The position numbers and the translations under genes were made by a program. Positions 49,917 to 55,041 of a DNA stretch of 55,041 nucleotides are shown piece after piece; within the stretch, counting starts at the first letter, position 1; each line of letters begins with the position of its first letter. The notes below the pieces were generated by a model. That model was not told the origin of the DNA. It made no database searches and saw only the letters and a list, made by a program, of their open reading frames with translations. Source of the stretch: Macrostomum lignano (Eukaryota); the NCBI GenBank assembly GCA_002269645.1, contig NIVC01000661.1, positions 149,795-204,835 on the forward strand, read 5' to 3'.

Positions 49917-52900
49917 ATGTCTGCATCAACACAGACTGCAAAACATTGTCAGAAGCGAGTCAGAAAGAAACGAATGCCTATTGTGCAGAATCAGTTTTTC
50001 CTGCATCATATTCGAGAAATGCGAGACTTAGCGGTAGCCAAGAAGTGGCAGAGCAAGCACACTTATGCCAAGATGGTTCGCGCCTTGGAGCGCTACCCGC
50101 TGAGGCTGGAGACGCCCAGGGCTTGCCTCATCTTAGAGGGCTTTGGGCAGAAGACCTGCGAGACATTGCAGACTAAACTGAATGAGTTTGCTAAGGAGCT
50201 GGGTGAGATCTGCGGGTTTTTTAGACTATCACTTTTACAAATTCTCAGTTGCTGGCCCAGCCTCCCAGATCCTCAGTTTCTCGGCTAGCCTCCCAGATCC
50301 TCAGTTGCTGGGCCAACAGCCTCCCAGATGCTCAGTTGCTGGGCCAGCCTCCCAGATCCTCAGTTTCTCGGCCAGCCTCCCAGATCCTCAGTTGCTGGGC
50401 CAACAGCCTCCCAGAGTGTCAGTTGCTGGGCCAGCCTCCCAGATCCTCAGTCGCTGGGCCAGCCTTCCAGATCCTCAGTTGCTGGGCCAGCCTTCCAGAG
50501 TGTCAGTTGCTGGGCCAGCCTCCCAGATCCTCAGTTGCTGGTACTCACTGAGCACTTAAACCTGTCACTAGTCATCCAACCTGGCCGCCCCAACGCCGCA
50601 GGTGTCAGCGAGGATGAAGCTCTTCGCATTGGCAACGAACGGTTTGCAACTCCGAAATCGTTAAAACTAAAAGTACAAAAGCCGGCAAAACGGCGGCGCA
50701 TCTCCGACCAGACTCAGCCAGATGGCGATCAGTCCGCTGTTTCCGACGGTGCTGCCACTGCTTCAGTGGGAACCGGCAGTCTTTGTTCCGGTGCAGATGT
50801 TGGGCAAAGCACTGAGGGCTCTGCTTCTGGCGAACTTGCCGTAAGATATTTGATTTTGTTATTGACAGTCTCTGAAAAACTGAAGTTACTGTACATTATA
50901 GCTGAAGGAATGTGCTGTGTGTGTTCACAATGAGTCACTATGACCGCAAAATAATGCCAAGCTGACTGTGGATAGAGACCCACTGGCTGTGGATAGAGGA
51001 TAGAGTCCCACTGACTAGATAGACTCACAGAATGTGGATAGAGACCCACTGTCTGTGGATAGAGACTCACTGTCTGTGGATAGAGACTCACTGACTGTGG
51101 ATAGAGACTCACTGATTGTGGATAGAGACCCACTGTGGATAGAGACTCATTGGCTGTGGATAGAGACTCACTGACTGTGGATAGAGACTCACTGATTGTG
51201 GATAGAGACCCACTGTGGATAGAGACTCATTGGCTGTGGATAGAGACCCACTGACTGCGGATAGAGACCCACTGGCTGTGGATAGAGACCCACTGGCTGT
51301 GGATAGAGACTCACAGACTGTGGATAGAGACCCACTGGCTGTGGATAGAGACTCACTGATTGTGGATAGAGACCCACTGGCTGTGGATAGAGACCCACTG
51401 GCTGTGGATAGAGACCCACTGGCTGTGGATAGAGACTCACTGATTGTGGATAGAGACCCACTGGCTGTGGATAGAGACCCACTGGCTGTGGATAGAGACT
51501 CACTGATTGTGGATAGAGACCCACTGGCTGTGGATAGAGACCCACTGACTGTGGATAGAGACTCACTGATTGTGGATAGAGACCCACTGGCTGTGGATAG
51601 AGACCCACTGGCTGTGGATAGAGACTCACTGACTGTGGATAGAGACCCACTGACTGTGGATAAAGACTCACTGACTGTGGATAGAGACTCACTGATTGTG
51701 GATAGGGACCCACTGTCTATCTGATAGAATAATTAATTTTGTAGCAAAAGAATACAAGTGGTTGACAGCAGCTGAGTTCACAAAGTGAATTTTTCTATTC
51801 CCTGTTACGATTACATTCAGACTAAAAAATAGGTTAGAGAGAAACAGGGAAGCGGAGGAATAGCCTGACCTTATTTGACCTTTTAAAGACTAATTTGTGC
51901 GAGCCCAAGAGAGGCAGATAGAGTTCACTGTGGGGACGGCTGCGGTGATAGTTAAAGCCACTGGGTTCGTTTCAGGTCACGATATCACGTAGGTACTAGT
52001 AATGGCCGAGGTAGAGAAATATGCATACAACATATGCCTATCGCATAGCAGTTCAGCTGCAACTGAAAGCGGGCTTACGTAATTCTACGTAATAATAATT
52101 CTTTGTGCTTCACTGTCTGTCAATAATACGCTGGTCTCCTCCTCTCTTGCCCAAGTCATAATTCTAGAAATTTACAACATGCGATTCGAATTCTCTAGCT
52201 ATCTAGATGTCAATTTTTACTTTTTGCTTGCCTTAATATCGACTTACTTGCTCACTTGACCCACTTATTTACCAATATCCTGACCCAGCTATTAACCCAA
52301 TTATTGACCCAGTTATTGACCCATTACTGACCCAGATATTGACCAACTTTTTGACCCATATCCTCTCTCAGCTATTGACCCAATTCTTGACCCAGTTATT
52401 AACCTACTTCTTGACTCAGTTATTGATCCACTTCTTGACTCAGTTATTGATCTACTTCCTGACCCATATCCTGACCCACTTTTTGACACAGTTATTGACC
52501 CTCTTCTTGACTCAGTTATTGATCTACTTCTTGACTCAGTTATTGATCTACTTCCTGACCCATATCCTGACCCAGTTATTGACTCACTTCTTGACCCTCT
52601 TCTTGACCCAGTTATTGACCCACTTCTTGACCCATATCCTGAACCAGCTATTGACAAACTTTTTGTCCCATATCCTGATTCGGCTATTGACCCACCTTTT
52701 TAACTATATCCTGACCCAGTTATTGACCTAATTCTTGACCCATATCTTGACCTAGCTTTTGACGCAGTTATTAATCCACTTCCTGACCCAACTGTCAAGC
52801 CATACAAAAATGCTGTCCATATTCGCAGAGAGCCCCCACGCCGAGTCAGCAGTCGCCCCAGCTGAGTCTGTCGCAGTCGCACCGACCATTCAATCCAAAG

Positions 52901-53023
52901 CCTGGCACGGGTGCTCACGCAATGCTGCTCACTCTGCTGGATAGCGGTGGTCCTGACTATACGCTGAGCAAAGCCGAACTCATCAGCCTTGCTCAGCCCA
53001 TCTGCGACAGCTCCTTCACCGAT
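49917..53023 (+). CDS. MUS81: Crossover-junction endonuclease MUS81, 5' part; exons 49917-50202, 50602-50840, 52829-53023; continues beyond the right edge
   Basis: N-terminal HhH region NQFFLHHIREMRD...YAKMVRALERYPLRLETPRACLILEGFGQKTCETL. Winged-helix motif PFNPKPGTGAHAMLLTL...TLSKAELISLAQPICDSSFTD. GT-AG junctions are phase-consistent. Confidence 0.9.
50245..50542. repeat. 28-31-bp minisatellite CCAGCCTCCCAGATCCTCAGTTGCTGGG, reverse complement of the 39643 array
   Basis: Fills MUS81 intron 1. Confidence 0.95.
50962..51720. repeat. 21-bp minisatellite GTGGATAGAGACCCACTG(G/A)CT
   Basis: MUS81 intron 2. Confidence 0.97.
52262..52790. repeat. 12/24-bp imperfect minisatellite TTGACCCAGTTA / TTGACCCACTTC
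   Basis: 3' part of MUS81 intron 2. Confidence 0.9.
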
Positions 53024-53119
53024 GTGAGTCCGGCTTCTGTGTGTTTCAGTAATAATAATTATGACCCAGTTGGGCCAGGTGTGCAACCGACAGCTCAGCC
53101 GCAGCTATTGTCCTTGTAC

Positions 53120-53165
53120 GGGTTGTAGCCTGGTGGTTAGAGCGTCGGAGGTTCGATTCCCGCGA
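53120..53165 (+). other. tRNA-like/SINE head remnant in MUS81 intron
   Basis: A box TAGCCTGGTGG (53126-53136) and B box GGTTCGATTCC (53150-53160), too close for an anticodon arm. Not a complete tRNA. Confidence 0.35.
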
Positions 53166-53187
53166 TCGCATTGGAACAGTCTCACTG

Positions 53188-54902
53188 GACTGGCTGTGGA
53201 TAGAGACCCACTGGCTGTGGATAGAGACCCACTGGCTGTGGATAGAGGCCCACTGGCTGTGGATAGAGACCCACTGACTGTGGATAGAGACCCACTGACT
53301 GTGGATAGAGACCCACTGACTGTGGATAGAGACCCACTGGCTGTGGATAGAGACCCACTGACTGTAGATAGAGACCCACTGGCTGTGGATAGAGACCCAC
53401 TGACTGTGGATAGAGACCCACTGGCTGTTGATAGAGACCCACTGGCTGTGGATAGAGACCCACTGACTGTGGATAGAGACCCACTGACTGTGGATAGAGA
53501 CTCACTGGCTGTGGATAGAGACCCACTGGCTGTGGATAGAGACCCACTGACTGTGGATAGAGACCCACTGGCTGTGGATAGAGACCCACTGGCTGTGGAT
53601 AGAGACCCACTGGCTGTGGATAGAGACCCACTGGCTGTGGATAGAGACCCACTGACTGTGGATAGAGACCCACTGACTGTGGATAGAGACTCACTGACTG
53701 TGGATAGAGACCCACTGGCTGTGGATAGAGACCCACTGACTGTGGATAGAGACCCACTGGCTGTGGATAGAGACCCACTGACTGTGGATAGAGACCCACT
53801 GGCTGTGGATAGAGACCACTGGCTGTGGATAGAGACCCACTGACTGTGGATAGAGACTCACTGGCTGTGGATAGAGACCCACTGGCTGTGGATAGAGACC
53901 CACTGACTGTGGATAGAGACCCACTGGCTGTGGATAGAGACCCACTGACTGTGGATAGAGACCCACTGGCTGTGGATAGAGACCCACTGGCTGTGGATAG
54001 AGACCCACTGACTGTGATAGAGACCCACTGACTGTGGATAGAGACTCACTGGCTGTGGATAGAGACCCACTGGCTGTGGATAGAGACCCACTGACTGTGG
54101 ATAGAGACCCACTGGCTGTGGATAGAGACCCACTGACTGTGGATAGAGACCCACTGGCTGTGGATAGAGACCCACTGACTGTGGATAGAGACCCACTGAC
54201 TGTGGATAGAGACCCACTGGCTGTGGATAGAGACCCACTGACTGTGGATAGAGACCCACTGACTGTGGATAGAGACCCACTGGCTGTGGATAGAGACCCA
54301 CTGGCTGTGGATAGAGACTCACTGACTGTGGATAGAGACCCACTGACTGTGGATAGAGACCCACTGGCTGTGGATAGAGACCCACTGACTGTGGATAGAG
54401 ACCCACTGACTGTGGATAGAGACCCACTGGCTGTGGATAGAGACCCACTGACTGTGGATAGAGACCCACTGACTGTGGATAGAGACCCACTGGCTGTGGA
54501 TAGAGACCCACTGACTGTGGATAGAGACCACTGGCTGTGGATAGAGACCCACTGACTGTGGATAGAGACCCACTGACTGTGGATAGAGACCCACTGGCTG
54601 TGGATAGAGACCCACTGACTGTGGATAGAGACCCACTGACTGTGGATAGAGACCACTGACTGTGGATAGAGACCCACTGGCTGTGGATAGAGACCCACTG
54701 GCTGTGGATAGAGACTCACTGACTGTGGATAGAGACCCACTGACTGTGGATAGAGACCCACTGGCTTGTGGATAGAGACCCACTGACTGTGGATAGAGAC
54801 CCACTGACTGTGGATAGAGACCCACTGGCTGTGGATAGAGACCCACTGACTGTGGATAGAGACCCACTGACTGTGGATAGAGACCCACTGACTGTGGATA
54901 GA
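53188..54902. repeat. 21-bp minisatellite GTGGATAGAGACCCACTG(G/A)CT, about 80 units
   Basis: MUS81 intron 3; same unit as 50962-51720. Confidence 0.98.
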
Positions 54903-55041
54903 GTCTGTTAGACCGCGATTGAACCGTGACTAAATATTTTAATGATTTGCTGCATTATATATTATTATTTAGTTCTCACAGCTTATGAGCATAAAATATA
55001 TAAGCTGCAATTTCCATCAGCTGAGCCTTTTTAAACTTCCA

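Overview
Eukaryotic (metazoan) genomic DNA with spliced genes, not prokaryotic. GC-rich exons, wall-to-wall intronic minisatellites, RTE and Penelope relics and a noggin gene fit a free-living flatworm such as Macrostomum; the species is inferred, not proven. Six protein-coding genes were reconstructed by hand from GT-AG junctions and homology: syntaxin-16 (minus, 3' end outside the window), Tim10 (plus), noggin (minus, two exons), a type I membrane protein with four fibronectin type II-like modules (plus), LENG8/THP3 (minus, six exons) and MUS81 (plus, 3' end outside the window). STX16/TIM10 and LENG8/MUS81 are head-to-head pairs. Each pair is separated by an AT-rich, CpG-depleted block with a CpG-retaining core. 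These two blocks hold all 18 copies I found of the palindrome TAGGCCTA. The rest is about 17 minisatellite arrays, microsatellites, a young Mutator-like MITE, a 5'-truncated RTE LINE, a Penelope-like relic with a minimal hammerhead ribozyme, and SINE-like and decayed transposon remnants. Most long ORFs in the supplied track are translations of tandem repeats. All counts are by hand.
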